Assembly (NCBI RefSeq): GCF_004010195.1
Contig: NC_057719.1
Coordinates: forward strand, 53,625,282 to 53,689,281
DNA length: 64,000 nucleotides
Direction: 5' to 3'
DNA from: Chiloscyllium plagiosum
Taxonomy: Eukaryota
Made by a program: the position numbers and the translations under genes. Each line of letters starts with the position of its first letter. Within the stretch, counting starts at the first letter, position 1. Shown piece by piece: positions 63,465 to 64,000 of the stretch. The notes below the pieces were generated by a model. That model was not told the origin of the DNA. It made no database searches and saw only the letters and a program-made list of their open reading frames with translations.

Positions 63465-64000
63465 GGAGACCAGGAGTCAGTGCCGAGGTCTGGAGTCTGT
63501 GCCAAGACCGGGAGTCTGTACTGAGTCCAGGTGTCTATGTTGAGATCAGGAGTCCTTGCTGAGGCCGGGGGTCCGTGGTGAGTCTGAGAGTCCACGCTAA
63601 TTCCGGGAGTTCGCGCCATAACCGGGAATCAATGTTGAGGCTAGGAGTCTGCGCTGAGACCGGGAGTCCACGCAGTGGCTGGGAGTTCACGCTGAAACCA
63701 GGAATTTGTGCCGAGACTGGGAGTCCATGCCGAGACCAGGAGTCCGTGACATGGCTGGGAGTCCAAACCGTGGGTGGGAGTCAGCGCTGAGACTGGGAAT
63801 AAATGTTGAGGCTGGGAGTCTGCGCTAAGACTAGGAGTCAACGCTGAGGATGGGAATCCGCCCCAAGGCCAGAAATCTGCCCTGGCATCACTTCGATGGT
63901 CTCGAATCCAGGAGTCTGTGCTAAGGCCGGGAGTCCGTGCTGAGGCTGGAAGTCCATGCTGAGGCCGGATGTCCATGCTGAGACTGGGAATCTGCACTGG
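63465..64000. repeat. Degenerate ~19-bp tandem array running off the window end
   Basis: Approximate consensus gctgagaccgggagtc(c/t)g(c/t). Confidence 0.85.

Noticed and set aside
63229..63543. 104-aa repeat-protein ORF
   Set aside because: The frame is open because the 30-bp unit lacks stops; it has a non-ATG start and no supporting gene structure.

Overview
Repeat-dominated eukaryotic genomic DNA, most likely from a cartilaginous fish (shark), inferred from HE1-type V-SINEs paired with HER1/CR1-type LINEs. I could not identify an intact protein-coding gene. Almost all ORFs in the track are fragments of decayed mobile elements: many nested CR1 LINEs, a second LINE family with a partner tRNA-SINE, a Rex1/Babar LINE, a Penelope-like element (RT C-terminus plus GIY-YIG), a Gypsy relic with protease-integrase (Gmr1-like) order, and four Myb/SANT relics of Harbinger type. 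Three signals stand out. (1) At least eight minimal hammerhead-ribozyme motifs lie in Penelope-derived termini of several subfamilies, with covarying stems; several of these short insertions have their own TSDs. (2) Three LINE copies have captured 87-170 bp of neighbouring unique DNA at microhomologies. (3) An unclassified G-rich-core repeat family occurs in same-orientation copies. A few minus-strand exon candidates are reported at low confidence. All calls come from reading the sequence by eye; no database searches were run, and boundaries of old elements are approximate.
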